DNA from: Psilocybe cubensis
Lineage: Eukaryota
Reading direction: 5' to 3'
Assembly: GCA_017499595.2 (NCBI GenBank)
Contig: CM039002.1
Location: forward strand, 1,178,001-1,242,000
Length of the DNA stretch: 64,000 bases
Position numbers and translations under genes: made by a program. The notes beneath the pieces are model-generated. The model did no database searches, had not been told where the DNA came from, and saw nothing but the letters and a program-made list of their open reading frames with translations. This document shows positions 12,605-26,993 of this stretch, in pieces; position 1 is the first letter of the stretch; each line of letters opens with the position of its first letter.

Positions 12605-13539
12605 GGTGTGATTTCGTAGTTGGATGCTTAGTGCATGCGGTTAACACTGACGACAACGTTTAACGAAAGTAAAGAACTCGGCAAACTTCCGGTTCCCGAA
12701 CACGGTATTTGCCTTTATATACTTGTGTGTGTCCAAACTTTTACTTATCCTGTGAGTATTAGTTGGCTTGCCAACTGGTGGATCGTCAGTGTCGTCCTCC
12801 GTCATTTCGACTCTTATGAAGCATGATGATGATGCAATAGCATTTATTATTTCAAAAAGTCTCTCCTTCTTTGGACTTTGTCGTTTTTTCTCTGCTTATC
12901 TCGAGTTTTAAATGCCAGCAGGAAATTCTGCAAGAGGTCTTGTTTTGGCTAGATCTCTCGAATAAAGTAACCAATGTTTGTGTTTCCCGCTTCGCGTTGT
13001 TCTAACTGATCAAAATCGCGCTCGAAGTCGATGAGGCACACATTTACATCTCAGTGGTAGTACAACGGAATCCTCCCGCATGATTAATCCAAAGTAGGCA
13101 TTTGGCACATCGACATATCAGCACTGAAGGCCTTGCAGGTCGAGTTTATAGAGATTTCTTCCATATTTTTGTTATGTAACAGGTCATGAGGCTCAGGTAG
13201 TTCAAGCAACGAAAAGGCTCAGGACATTGTATTGTAGTTGCGTTGCAGGAGATAGCGGTGGTCACATATGTAGCTTTGGTGGTCGAAAGAGAGGGGTAAG
13301 CTGTGCGAATTGGAGAAGGCGAAGGCGAAGGTGAAATCGAAATGCAAAATGGTCTCACGGTATCAAAGTCAACTAATATTTGGCTGAGACTTTTGAACCT
13401 AACATCGCGTATCATCATCGGTCATGGCTCGCGTTGACAAGTTCCCATTCGATTCTTTCACCGTCCCACCGCCATCTTGTCACATATTATCATAGCAATC
13501 ACATTCTTCATGAATATACCTTAATTTTTTTTATTTGCA

Positions 13540-15552
13540 ATGTCTACATCACCTGTTACTCCACGGGCTTCCAAAACAACGTTCACTCCAACCACACCAG
13601 CCACAACGCGCGTCGCGGGGACCAGTGCTATTCAAGCATCACCTCATTATACAACCACACGGCGTCATTCTTTGTACGGTGTAGAAGACAGAGTCGTCAT
13701 TGACCCGGGATCTCGAATATGGAAAGTAGGCTTTAGTGGCGAAGGGAGACCGCGAGATGTCTTTTACGCTGGAGGTCCGAATGGTCCAATCTTCTGGAAT
13801 CTAACCAGGGCTATGGATTCTGCTACAAGGACAGAAGAAGAGAAACTTTTGGAAGCTCGCCTGAAAGGTTGCCTGCGATCTGTTTTCCACGAGTAAGTAT
13901 GCTAGTCTTTCGCTGTTCTCTACTGTTGATGGACCTATGAAGCTCTCTTTTGGCAGACCCAAAAGCTCGTAAAGTGATCGTGGTAGAGCATCCACTTCTG
14001 CCGCTATATATAAAGCATATTATTGTAAAAATATTGTTTGAGAATCAGGTATTTTATCCCATGAACCTTGTTGGATTGCCCTTAACCGATTGTCCACACA
14101 GGTTCCTTCAGTGTCTTTTGCTTGTAGCCATCTTTTATCACTATTTGCTGTGGGCCGAATCACAGGGCTTGTTCTAGAATGTGGTCATCTCGAGTCCGTT
14201 GCCCTTCCTGTAAATCTCTCCCCTTAAATGCTAAGTCTTTCTTACTTATTGCGTCATAGATTTTCGCTGCCAGACCAATGTTCCCGCAAATGCAAACGAC
14301 TCCTAATGCTGGTGCCCGGCTTACATCCCATCTTCGAGCCCTTTTGCTGATGTTCGGAACATATCTCCCACCACCTTCGTCACTAAGTGCGGCCACCAGT
14401 GTTCCTGCAGCAAACCGATCTACCAGAGTACCACAAGAGGTATTGACAGACGCCGTCATAGAGGAGATCAAAACGCGCTGCTGCTTTGTTGGAGAAGTCT
14501 TTGGCACCTCTAGAGATCCTGCACGTGGCGAAACACCTGCTGCAGAAGACGAACTGCCTTCGGAAATGGATATCCCCCCGAGTGAACCCGACTCTGAAAT
14601 TTCGTACACCGGAATGTCGCAGCAAGATTCCGAATTTTCAGTCGTCTCAAGCGCAGGTCCCAATATAGAAAATCCTGTTATTGAAGGACACCTACAGGCA
14701 TTGGCCAGGATGTACCAGCGGCATTCGACGGCCACGGATCTTCAGATGCGAGTGATGCCCCCGTCTTCCCAGGCAACTGGTACAGGGAGAGGCACCCTAA
14801 TCATCCCTGGCTGGATAAGAGAGCGTGCCGCCGAGGTGCTGTTTGAAGGCGGCGACGTGGATGAGAATAGTTTAGCAGAGTGTATTCTCAACGTCTTACT
14901 AAAGGCAAACATTCCCTTCTCTCAATAATGCTTCATCTGATGTCATTATTTCAGGCCCCCCGCGACCTCCGCAAAACACTTGCTTCGTCTATTCTGGTCT
15001 CTGGTGGAACTTCCATGCTTCCTGGATTCATACCACGACTGCATGCTGAAATTATCCGCACCCTCGCGCCACCAACGTCCATCAGGCAGCCGACAAGACC
15101 CGACAAATCACCTCCACCGCCATATGACAAATATCTTGCGCTACGGCCACTGCTCCCCTACTTTGCGATTTTGAATAACCCCTCTCCACCGGCTGCGACT
15201 TCCGAAAGAGCAGGCGCAAATGCAGGCAAAGCACCCGCATTCTCCCCTGCCACTTTAAGCTGGGTGGGGGGTTCGTTGGCTGGGTATGTCTACTTTCATT
15301 TTACTTATTATTGTCTTTTTAAATAAGGTGTATGATACATTCAGGGCTCTCAAAATTGGAGGTGTCGAAGTTTCCCGTGAGAAATGGGATGAAGAAGATC
15401 CAAATAGGATGGATGATAGTATGGACGTTTCTGCGGATGCAGGTAATAACCAAGCACAGCGAAGCATTTTGCCAGATTGGACGCGATCGCCTTTACCGAT
15501 GGGTGCACCACCAGCCAACTTGAACGCTCATGCAACTGCTTCAGCTGTTTGA
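13540..15552 (+). CDS. ARP10: Actin-related protein, Arp10/Arp11 (dynactin)-like
   Basis: Actin-fold motifs VVIDPGSRIWKVGFSGEGRPR, GLVLECGHLES, ILVSGGTSMLPGF, SWVGGSLAG across about 6 exons. The subfamily assignment is from recall. Confidence 0.8.
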
Positions 15553-16765
15553 TTGATGCGCTCGCGTTTTGGGACTTTTTTTTTTTGAGGGGGCGGAGAC
15601 CCTTTTGTACTGTTTTTCACTTTGTATGATATATAGCTTTACGATGGACTTAATTGCTAATCGGGATGCTTTTCCTTTTGCAGCTTCTCTAAATACCTCT
15701 ACCTTACCCCTGACTATTGGCTTTACGATATACCAGCAACGATGAACTATACTTACGAGCAATGTCGGGTGGAATGCGGCAATTCGATAGAGAAACTGCG
15801 CCACCACTCAACCAATTTACTATTCAGAGCCACCCACAACGCCACATAATGAATAACGTGTTTCGCCGCTCAATGTCTTTGCAACCCGAAGTTTTACAGG
15901 ATAGAGCCGAAACGCTCATTGTGCCATTGTTAATCGCTGCAAGATTGTCTCTGGTTAGTCGAACCGCATAGAACATAACATAATCGCCTAGATTATCCTT
16001 GCGTACACCTGCAGATGCGCGACGGCGCGCAGTGATACTGATAGTAGGGAACAATCATTGTTCAGCCATAATAGGGAGGACTTTTTTTCGCAATCTCGGG
16101 GGATAAAGTTATAACCATCTAAAATTGTGTTTCTTAATGATGAGCAACTCAATTTGAACACTTAAAAAGATAACCTCGGGTATGATGGGTTTGTCACTTG
16201 GAGTACCCTTTCTATTGTTCTTCTGGAAAGCAATTCGTCCGTGTTGGTGTTTGCATCTGCTCGGTGATTTGTATTGCTTCTCCGATGATAGTGCAAGCGT
16301 TGGTTGTTCGATGCCATGACCACCGACACGGTCCAAGGTATTACATGTTTTGGAAGTCTTGAAGCCTCTAACGATCATGGCGGAATTTTGCTTATCCATA
16401 TCTGCATAACTTACTTGTAGTACCTACCACACGACGCGTATTGATTGCAATTGTTTGTCAGATGTCACATCTAGAACACGGTGTTTTTGAGAGGAGTGCA
16501 GGAAAATCTGTCTGATTGTTTGAACAAAGGTGAGGTGAGATGACACCTCATGGGAAGTCTTTGGTGCACGAAACCAACAAAGCGTGATGAACTTAGAGAG
16601 AGCCCATCAAGACAGGTATATTCCTGAAATGAGAACGTTCCAATTCAGCCATGGGCAAGGGTACGTTGAAAATAAAAGTAAATGTGTTACAGAACGCAAT
16701 GATGGATAGCTGATTAGTACAAATGTCTATGAAAGCTGAAGGGATGCAAGCGAGGCGGGCAGGCG

Positions 16766-17573
16766 TCAAGGAGGAGTATCTAGGATACGCAGTGTTATCT
16801 TGCTTCCATCATTTTTGTCAGCGATCCTGCGCCAATCTACTTCGCGGTCGATGAAACTCATCTCAGTGCAGCACGCGAACGACACCCGTCTGCGTCCTGA
16901 CGCTGATCGTCCCAGATTAGACGATGATGGTGGCGGGAGCGCGAGAAGAACAGAGAAAGAATGTGATAGGAAAATGTTTTCCTGGTGCACGAATTTGTTG
17001 TAGAGCCGTTGCTGGAGCTCTTTGAATGTGATATCGCGAGGTGTCCGGAGCATGATGATCGAAGCGTTGAGAGCGGCTTTGATGTAGATGTGGTCGACTG
17101 CTTTAGGTGATTCAAAGGAAACTGGGCTCGCAGGAGGGCTTTCGACGCGGTGCTGCTGATGAGCAATGGGTGTAATGACTTCGAAGCCCTCTAGCGATGA
17201 TCCTGGTCTGGAAGGAAGTGTTTCTAGAACATATGAGTTCGGATTAAATAGAAGGAACAATAATGTCTTTCCTACCGAAATCAAAGTCGCTCTCTCTATC
17301 ATCTTCAAAATCGGAGCAAATGTCAAAGTCTGAAAGAAAGTCGTGGCGGAATATTCGAGCTTCATCTTCAGTAGAAAATTCCACGTTCGAAAACGGGGTT
17401 GTAGGCCTTTGGGGGCGATAACGGTCCTGTGATGCGAATTTCGAAATCTCAGGCTGTAATTTTCCGCTGGATGTTGTATGGTAGTCGTCGTCAGTGGAAT
17501 CGGAGAGACCTAGAGCAGAAAGAAGGGCGCTAAGTGACGCAGAGGACATGCTCGAGCCAGAGGGTCGTGGCAT
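16766..17573 (-). CDS. Small protein (~251 aa) with C-terminal PB1-like domain; paralogue of the last exon of the neighbouring PX gene
   Basis: Exons 17573-17276 and 17223-16766, intron 17224-17275 (GTAGGA..TTCTAG), in frame. YIKAALNASIIMLRTPRDITFKELQQRLYNKFV...KITLRILD matches SIKAAFNSSIILLRVPRETTLADIRQRLYNKFV...KVNLRIMD. Confidence 0.75.
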
Positions 17574-18658
17574 GGTGGTTCTTGATCTGTGTGGTGTAGA
17601 CGGTCAGTGCCCGGGTAACTTGACAATGGTAGTCTCCTGCTTACTGTTTAGATCGTAATGCGGAGTTGCGACCATTCCAAGAACATGCAACAACCTCCTT
17701 GAAGCGCTGCGGGACCGCCGTAGCCTGGTTTAATGAAACTTGATAGATGAGATAGCTATTGGCAACTCGAGTGTCTGGTTTAAGCCATGGAAGCCCCGGA
17801 ATACACCTGCAGCAGGAAGGTTATCTGGTACTGGATAAATCATATGGTTTCCCCACACTTCCGAAATAGCTCCTCGTGAATCGTGTCCGTACATAGATGC
17901 AAAGGTTTTTCTGCAGTTGGTCATCCAAAGCCGCCGTGCGGTTTGGCTGTGCAAAATGGTGGGACCAAAGCCGGCTGACGCAAGGTTGATGAATTAAATA
18001 GATTGAGATGTCGCAACAGCTGACTTGAGGTGACTTGGCAGTTGAATCACTGATGGCGCCTCACGACAACATCCAGATTGTACCATAGCAAACCATAGCT
18101 CGATACCAACTTAACACAAGCAGGCTAGCAGTCGATAGAGGTTACATGTCTGTCAATAAAAGACAGTGAACCAACGGCCACCGTGTATAATGCCATTGAG
18201 TAGGATAAGTTTACAGAAGCAAGTGGCAAGAGATCAGACGGTCAATTGTGCACAATAGAGAATGATAAAATCAAATGTTGGTTGAGTTGGCTATAGTTTT
18301 CCAGAAGAATAGCCATACACGTGAGCAAATGCGCCACAGTTTCGAGCCGCATTGTTAGTCACTGTTCTCGGCGTTGACAAGCTCTCTGCGCGCATGCCAC
18401 CACATTATTTACAAATCAATCTTATTTGTGAAGTCGATACAATGCATTTACGCAATAATGGTAATGAAAAACAACAATTACCCCAGTAATTTCGAATATC
18501 AGATCGCAAAGGGTAAAAAAACCGGGGATCAAACGTCCGAAAGAGGTGCTGGAAAAAATGAGTGTAGGAATGTGAGTTGAAGCAAAAAAAAAAGTTAAAG
18601 AGTGAAGATCAGAATGCTATGCTAGGCGTGGAACCGCAGTTCGCACAAAGATGTGTAA

Positions 18659-20780
18659 CTATTTGCAAGAATCCATGATACGAAGGTTGACTTTACTTCC
18701 AGAAGTAGTGGAAACAATTTCTTGCCACTCATCATCTGAGTGGATGAAGAAAAAGTCCATGAGATCATTGGGCGATAAAGAGTGAGAGCTCGACTGGTCC
18801 TTTGTGGGCGATGATTGGGAAGGAGGGACGAAGATTATGTCGAAAGACTTGGATAGGGGGACACCCTCTTGTCCGACAAATTTATTGTACAATCGCTGCC
18901 TGATGTCAGCTAGGGTAGTTTCTCTAGGAACCCGCAGCAGGATGATAGAGGAATTGAAGGCGGCCTTGATGGAGATACTGGTACCGGGAGATATTGTGCT
19001 AGAGGTGGTGGAAACTGAAAAAGCGGTGGAAACCGTGGATGGCGCGGTAGATGGTACTGGAGAGGGAGGGCGATCAAATGTAGTTCGGATGGAATCAGGA
19101 GTACTGGGAGTACTTGGTGTCTCGGAAGAGGAGTAATGTAATGTGGGGGTAGCTGGTCGGTCATCGTGTTGCTCGTAGGAGTGGGGGTGAGGGAATGCAT
19201 CTAGGATAGACGTACAGTCATCGTCGGCATCTCCATCGTCGGAGTAAATTTCAAAATCTGAAAGAGATAGAGGAGTAGATATGCGAAGTCTAGACTGATT
19301 GGACCGCCGCCTTTCGGAGGGTATCACTGCCTCGGCTGAGTCGGTGGTCATAAACGTAGAGATGCTGGCGATAGAAGCTCGGAACTTTTGCTCTTTAATT
19401 TTATGTGGAAGTACGAGATTTATTCCCTCCAAAAGAGCGTCGGCATTGGAATCCATGGAAGAGGTGGTCTGCCATGATTCCCTGATTGAGTGGGATTCTA
19501 ATGTAATTAGATAAGCCACAGAGAATTAAAACGGTATATGTTATAAACTTACTGCTCTCGCTTTCTTCGCGTCTATCCACAGGATGTCCCACTATGGAGA
19601 AGCAGCGATTAGCTTTGCGTTCCATCAATGAAGCCTTTGTGCGTCGGGGGATAGGAGCAGGGAGATATCCTTCACTGGATTTCGATAGTAACTCTCGTTC
19701 CTCTGGTAAAATTTCCAGAATGGAGCTTGGGCGATCATTAGACTCTGGGTTATGCCCAAAGCCAATGGAGGCTTCGGCGGCGATGGCTGGATTCGTGGAT
19801 GCCGTCGAGCATGATTCTAAGCTGCCGTCTGAGTGTATTGAGGATGAGTCTGAAGCCGAAGATGTCGAAGACAATGGACGTCGACGTGGCCGGTGGGTTA
19901 AAGCAGTCTCGTTGCTACGGATACTTGTCCGCTTCGACGAATGGCATACAGAGGAGCCATCGCTAGGTAGATCAGATGAAAACGTGGAGGTCGAAGAGGC
20001 GCTTGACGATACACGTTTTCTCGGGGAAGAAGCCGTAGTAGTTGACCTCCCTGACAGAGAAGGACTTGATGCCGAGAAATAAGATGAAAAAACGCTACTC
20101 GTCAGAGAGTTTCGCTGTCCTTGTCTGGAAGATTCGAGGAGATCATAGTCCCGTCTCCAGAGACCGAAAAAGTCAGTGACGATTGTGCTTGCTCGAATCT
20201 CCTGAACCAGAGCAGGCATGTCGTCAGAAAAAAGTGTTTCAACCAGGTTGCGGAATTCCTTCTGGCGGTTCTCAATGGTGGCCTGACTCGCACGGAACAA
20301 TGTTCCCTTCTTACTGAGCTTTGGGAGATAGCCATGGATATCTTGAGCGACGGAGTTAGGGTCTGGGCCAGGAGGAAGGGATTCCCAAGATGATGCCATG
20401 TCCTGCTTATACATCCCGTTGAATGACTTTACTCCCTTCCCTTGCTGGAGACGAATCTTTTTCTCTCTCGCAGATCGGCGGTACTCCTGCTCTAGTGTTT
20501 CTTGAAGCCATAGACAGTCTTCCCATCGGCGCCAGATGTCGTATTCCACCTGGCGACCACGAGATGACACAGATATATCGTCGTCGAACATGATAGGAGA
20601 GATGTGCATCCCATGATTATAGCTTCCACCTGACATCCAACAAATGAGCCGGCCTCCACTTGTGAATGACAGTAATGTACGTACTGGACTTTGTCGTCGG
20701 CAGAAACTCCACTGAGAATCGAGACGGAGGAGCGCGGAGGACTGCTCTCTTGTATTGCTGCACAAATGGTGAGCTCTGAC
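18659..20780 (-). CDS. PX-domain protein with Ser-rich linker and C-terminal PB1-like domain (true start uncertain, may extend to ~20926 or beyond)
   Basis: PX-like YDIWRRWEDCLWLQETLE...LPKLSKKGTLF...IENRQKEFRNLVETL. Intron 19498-19552 joins the 465-aa and 286-aa ORFs. An upstream exon reads FVQQYKRAVLRAPPSRFSVEFLPTTKS. Confidence 0.75.
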
Positions 20781-22771
20781 ATAGAATTGGACAAACAAAA
20801 ATTATCTCACATCCGACGGTAGTCCTGTATCAGTGGCGGATTGGGAATTCTACCGTGGTCAAACATTATTTGACGGCACTTCAAAAGATAAGATTATATA
20901 GAAACATACGAATTCAACAAGCAACATATCGAGGGTTGTGTGTAGTTGTGGATTGGGGTATGATGAATGTGGGTATCCTAGAAAAATTGTACACCGTTAC
21001 TTCAGATTGAGTTATAAACAGGATAGCCTAATGATACCTACGCTGCACTTCGGTTTACGCAAGACTGTCTGAACAATGCGTATACCAATCGAGAGGTGAG
21101 CACTGTTCAGTCAACCTATCGTTGCCAGTGTCGTTGGGAGTGGAGAGCGGGTTTCCAGAGAGATGTGGTGGGGGGTGAAAAAGAGTAAATTGGGGCAAGA
21201 AAGATGTCCGACATTTTGCGGGACAGAGTCTTATTGTCTTCGACGATTTGGACCATCTCAAGCTTTCGGAGTCGGAGGTCAAGGTAAATACGGAAACGCG
21301 AACCAGTTTGGCTTGGCTTGAAGTCACGTTTTTTCTTTAAATGGTAATCCCGGTCCTTTGCCGCTCGACGCCGTGTACCTTTCTTATTGTCTTTTTGCTC
21401 AAGTCATTTCCATCGTTCATCCGTTGGACCACACGCCGACTATTTCAATAGGCGCGTTTACCGTATATCACACGCATGCAACTCTATCGATGGCCATTTC
21501 TTCACATCGTCACGATCCATGACTCGGCGAATAACCCTAAAATCTGGCGTGGCCTCGAAAACCATCCCACTCGATGATGGATATGACCCGAGGCAGCTAG
21601 TGAAGGCAATTTCGGAGACTATATTATGCTCCGTCGACTAGCACAACACAAGTTATACAGGACTGTCGGGAAATGAACCCCTATGTACTGCCACCATCAA
21701 TGCGATCGTTGTTGGGCGGACATTGTTTTATTGTGTTGTACGTTCACGCGGCATCTCGTCCTGGCACCCTGGCCCGCCATGGCTTTCTTTTATGCATGCA
21801 CCAAGTTTTTTTACGTTGCCTTTTGGAGACATGCAGGATTTATGACGTTCCTCACGTCCTAGCACGGAATCACCGGCGCGCTGGCCTCGTATAATTAACA
21901 AAATCCCAGATCAAAGTTCAAAGGCGCAGTTAACATATCATATCACGCTCATATCTTCATAAACTAAAGCTATCTTAACTTGCTCGTATTTGCTAATGAC
22001 CCGCTGAATTTCTGCTTGGGAGGTCCCGTACGAGGCACGAAATACCTAAACAACCATGACGAATTGCTAGTAACGTCCCCTCCGATGATGCTACGGGGGT
22101 TCGCCTTTCCAAGCTCTAGGCACGCCAATCCTCCATAACGCTGGTAAACGGCTTGAAGAACAGAATTCACCGCTTCAATCTCTTTAGAAGGGCCCCGGAT
22201 TCCATCCACGGTATTTTCGCATTTATGATTGTATCACAACGTGATATTTTTTGAAACGCTATGTTTTAACTCTAGCTATGGTGGTTGACATAGTTCAAGC
22301 GGTAATGTGCCGGCCAATGTGTGCCCCAATGTGTGCTATTTCTATTCTCAGCTACAATCGCTGGCGAGGAGCCGAGCTCCATAATTCATTCCTTACACCT
22401 CTCCATCTTCTCACAGCTGTTGTGCTGGCATAGGCATTGGGCACTTACCCCAATCAACGGGAGCACTCACATGCACGGGCGTCTGGTTGCCGTTAAAATG
22501 CATCATAAGCTTCCTATTATGGTTTCTGCTCGCCGATAATTATCTGCGTGCCCGAAAATCCTTGCGGTACATTGTGCATGATTCCAAATTTACTCTCGAA
22601 ATGACGGGTAGTATTTTTAGGATCTCTCCTTCGCCATGCTTCCCTCAGGGACCTTGTGTGCAAAAACATGCTTATCGCCCTACGAGACTTCCCGGACTCG
22701 GCTCAAAATAATGTCGTAGTCCAGTATATATTAACTGTCACTCTGAGTGGTTCTTCTTCGTTGGACTCACC

Positions 22772-25700
22772 ATGGCCACACCAAACGCTGATGTTGACCA
22801 TGAAAAACAGCAAGCACATCTGGGGGACTCCAAGGACATCGAGGTGATCAGTGACCAAGACAGTGGGTTTGGCGTCCTCGAGGACGAACGGGACATCGCA
22901 ACCCATGTCATCACCGTCGCGGACGACCCGTCATTGAATCCTTGGACCTTCCGAGCTTTCATCGTTGGCATTGGCCTTTCAGCCTTCGGTGGTGTTCTGG
23001 GTATGTTATCCTCTGTATCTAAGCTCTTTGACTCTTCTGATACCCTGCGCACAGCTGAAATCTACTACTTCAAACCGGTAAAAGTTCAACCGTCCCACTT
23101 TTTTTCCGTCGCTCACCATCTTCTAGCAAACGGTTTTGGTGTCGACTATGTTCTTGGCCATCATATCCTACGTGCTGGGGATTGCAATGGAAGCTGTCAT
23201 TCCCACCAAAGGACTTTTCCGATACCTCAACCCTGTTAGAAAACTGCTAGTATTTACTCTTTGTTCCTTCGCTAATCACCCTTTTCGACTAGCATCCTTT
23301 CAACAAGAAGGAGAATGCCTTTATTGTCATCATGGCCAGCGCTGCGGCCAATTCGGCCCTTGGGACTGAGGTTCTCGCCGTCCAGCGGCTATACTACAAC
23401 ATTACGCCTAACCCTGCGGCAAGCATATTGTATGTGATCGTTTTCAGCTACTGTACTAAATGAAACACTTTCTTACTGGCATTCCAGCCTTCTTTTCTCC
23501 AGTCAACTACTTGGTATGATATGACATAACAACATATTGTAGAGATTTCTTGGGCTGATATTATTCGTTTGACAGGTTACGGAATCGGAGGATTGTTCAG
23601 AAGTAGGTCACGACCGAGTACCTCCATGTCTACACACTCACTGTAACAAACATTAGATGTTCTTCTTTACCCCTCCAAGATGCTATATCCTGGAGTCCTA
23701 CCCCTTGTGTCCATGTTTGATGCCCTATTTAAAGATGTAGCTGGATCTCAGAAAAAACTCCGTTTGTTCTGGATAGCTTTTGGAGCGTGGGTTATTCCTC
23801 TTTATAGTCATATCCTTATCAGTTGACAACCATTCAGAATCTTCATTTGGGAACTCTTCCCTGAGTGGATTTTCCCGCTCCTGACTGGTCTATCAATTTT
23901 CTGTCTCGCAAACCAAAAGAATGCAGATTTCACACGCGTCTTCGGCGGATCGAATGGAAATGAGGGTCTTGGGCTGCTTTCTATCTGTTTCGACTGGCAA
24001 TACATATCTGGAGGTAAGATGCAATTTAATATGTCCTGGTTAGATGGGAGTATTGAAGTATTATAGGCTACAATCCCATGGCGATTCCACTCCGTGCGCA
24101 GTTTTCGAATTTGTTGGGATACATTCTGTGCATGTGGGTGCCACACTGCCTTTTCGTACACATCAATCTAATATTGTATACCAGAGTCGTATTTGTTGGA
24201 GTCTATTATAAGGACATCTGGTCCTCAAAGAGTTTCCCTTTCGTAAGTGGACTTTGATGTCATCCATTGACCTTGTCTTCTCATATAGGTATTAGCTGTC
24301 TCAAGAGTTATTCTACCCTGATGGCACGGTATATAATCAGACCCTCATTTTAAACGATAAGTTTGAAGTAGATCCCAAATTGCTTGCCGAGCAAGGACTG
24401 GTACGTAAAAGTTTGTATCTCAGAAACCACCATAACTAAGAAAAGATTGTCAGCCATTTTACGCCGGGACATGGGTTGTACAATTGCTCTCCACTAATCT
24501 TGGGATGGGTGCCACATTTGCCCATCTCCTCATTTGGAACTTTGACGACATGAAGCAAGCATGGGAGTGGATGACTCCATCTGGAATCAGAAAAATGTTT
24601 GGCAACTTTAATTGGAGATTCTGGAAGGACTCCGGTATGCGCGAGCAACAACAACAGGATGAGACGCTTGATCCCCATTATCGCGAGATGCTGAAGGTTA
24701 GCAAGCCTAAACATCACTCTTCTCCACTTCTGACGCGGTCTCAAAAGTACCCTGACGCACCCAATAGTTGGTACCTGGTGACCCTAATCATCTCTATCAT
24801 CATGGGCCTCGTTATCATCTACAAGACCAATTCAACTCTCCCATGGTAAGCATTTTAATTTAATCGAGTGCTGTGCATTTATGCTTTGTTATCTAGGTGG
24901 GGTTTCCTTATCAGCATCATCCTGGCCACACTGTCTATTCTTTTCTTCGGAACATTGTATGCCATCACTGGGCTTCAATTTATCATTCAGCCGTTCATTC
25001 AGGTGAATGGAACGACGAAATCTATAATAAAACTATTACTGACATCTGTGTAGATGATCGGTGGCTTCATTCATCCAGGAAAGCCCATGGCCAACATGTA
25101 CTTTGTTCTTTTTGGCTACAGTCAGTGTCACGTTTTTGTAGTTAGAATATTTTACTGAACCACCTTAGACTCCGTTTCACAAGCCCAGTTGTTGTTGCGT
25201 GACCTTAAAATCGCACAATGTAGGATATAAACGATTTCTTCGTCATGGTTGATATCTGACGGTACCATCAACATGATAATCAGACACCAAACTACCTCCC
25301 CGTGCAGCGTTTACCGCCCAGATTGTTGGCACATTGTTTGGAAGCGTGTTGAATTTCAGTATGTGTTTGATTACTTGGCGCGCTTGGCGTAGATTTAAGC
25401 GCCTGCATGCTGACTTTTGGTTTAGTCTTGATGAATTCCATTATCGACAACCAACGAGAGATTCTTTTGTCTGTTGAAGGTACCAATATTTGGTCAGGGC
25501 AGCAGCCACAACAATACAACTCTCAAGCAATTGCGTGGGGTGCCTTAAGGTAAATGCTATTGTTATACGCTGACCAAAAATACCTTTTGGCTAATTGCTC
25601 CCGACTCGATCCCAGCCACCAACTATTCGCAATCGGAAAACGTTACCAGTTCGTCGCTTGGGCGTACCTGATCGGATTCCTTGTCCCCATTCCCTTCTGG

Positions 25701-26274
25701 ATCTGCCATAAGTTATGGCCCAAGTTAAGAGCCGATTATCTGTACACACCTGTGATTTGGTGAGCAGTGGTTGCCATTTATCTGTGGAGAATTAATTTCA
25801 TGGGAAATCGGTTTCATTTAGCTATTACATCGGCTGGCTGTGCGTCGGTATAAACTCTTCTATCCTGTCGTACTTCGCTATTGCATGGGCATCGCAATGG
25901 TGGTTGCGAACACGCTATCCTCGGTGGTTTACCAAGTACAATTACATTCTTGCCGCTGCTTTGGACGGGGGAACCCAGGTGAGTATCTCAAGGACCTAAA
26001 AATTGTCCAAGTATCAATAGAACACCTTCCGTTTAAAGGTAATGGTTTTCATCCTATCATTTGCCGTTGCTGGTGCTTCAGGCGAATCCCATCTCTTCCC
26101 ACAATGGTTCGTCTCTGTTCACTCTATGCATTCTCACATTTTCTAATCAATGTCCTAATTCAGGTGGGGCGCCAACCAAAACGGTATGTCTAATACCCCC
26201 TCTTTTTTATCCGTCAAATTTACCATTGGTCGTCTGCAGGAAACTACGACAGGTGCCAGTTCATCGATACCTAA
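22772..26274 (+). CDS. OPT-family oligopeptide transporter
   Basis: Motifs DDPSLNPWTFRAF, PFNKKENAFIVIMA, FGGSNGNEGLG, DPHYREM, PGKPMANMYF, LLRDLKIAQY, KYNYILAAALDGGTQ. Many short introns and several 20-27 nt exons. Ends GNYDRCQFIDT-TAA. Confidence 0.93.
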
Positions 26275-26993
26275 TTTCAACTGTGGTGGTTGCCTATCTT
26301 TCTCCCGTTTTAAATTTTTTGCGATGCCTTCTTGTAACTTGAAGACGTTGTACTCTTTGGCGTTTTTTCGATATAATCTTTCACAATAGTTGATTAAAGG
26401 TTCATAACTTTGAAATATTCGACGTAAATATCATGATTTTGGGCAAATTTTGGGAACTACATATTTCTGCAAACAGCTCCTTAGTTAAATATCATAACCA
26501 AATCTGAGACACCGAAATTTCACACTGCAAGTACTTATAACCCCGATGGCTTTCCAAAGTTCAACGTGATGGTGTGTCACTTGTCAGATTATGATGATGT
26601 TGAGTTGCAGTGTTGAGTCATTTCTCTGGGTGTCGTGATTAGATGTATGGAATTGTTCGATCGGCGCCCTGCTGTAATCAAAAGGGATGCTAAGCGCTCA
26701 GTATTAAGCATAATGCTAACTTCCGCTTTTAACGGTGGAGAGCGGGGCTCAGAAATCAGGACTCAGAGCGCGTGACCGCAGTCGCGTTCTACCACGTGAC
26801 TAGACTTCTCGATCAGGGGGTTTAAGAGAGTATTAGCTCCATGTTCCCAGCCTCGTTGTACTACTTGATCGTTTCTGTGCTCTAACTCATGCTAGGACAA
26901 TCTTAATCGAAGCAAACAACCCCACAAAACTTTATCAAAGCCTCATCACATATATATAAGTGACTTCATTCCCATCGTCAACAAAGGAACCCC

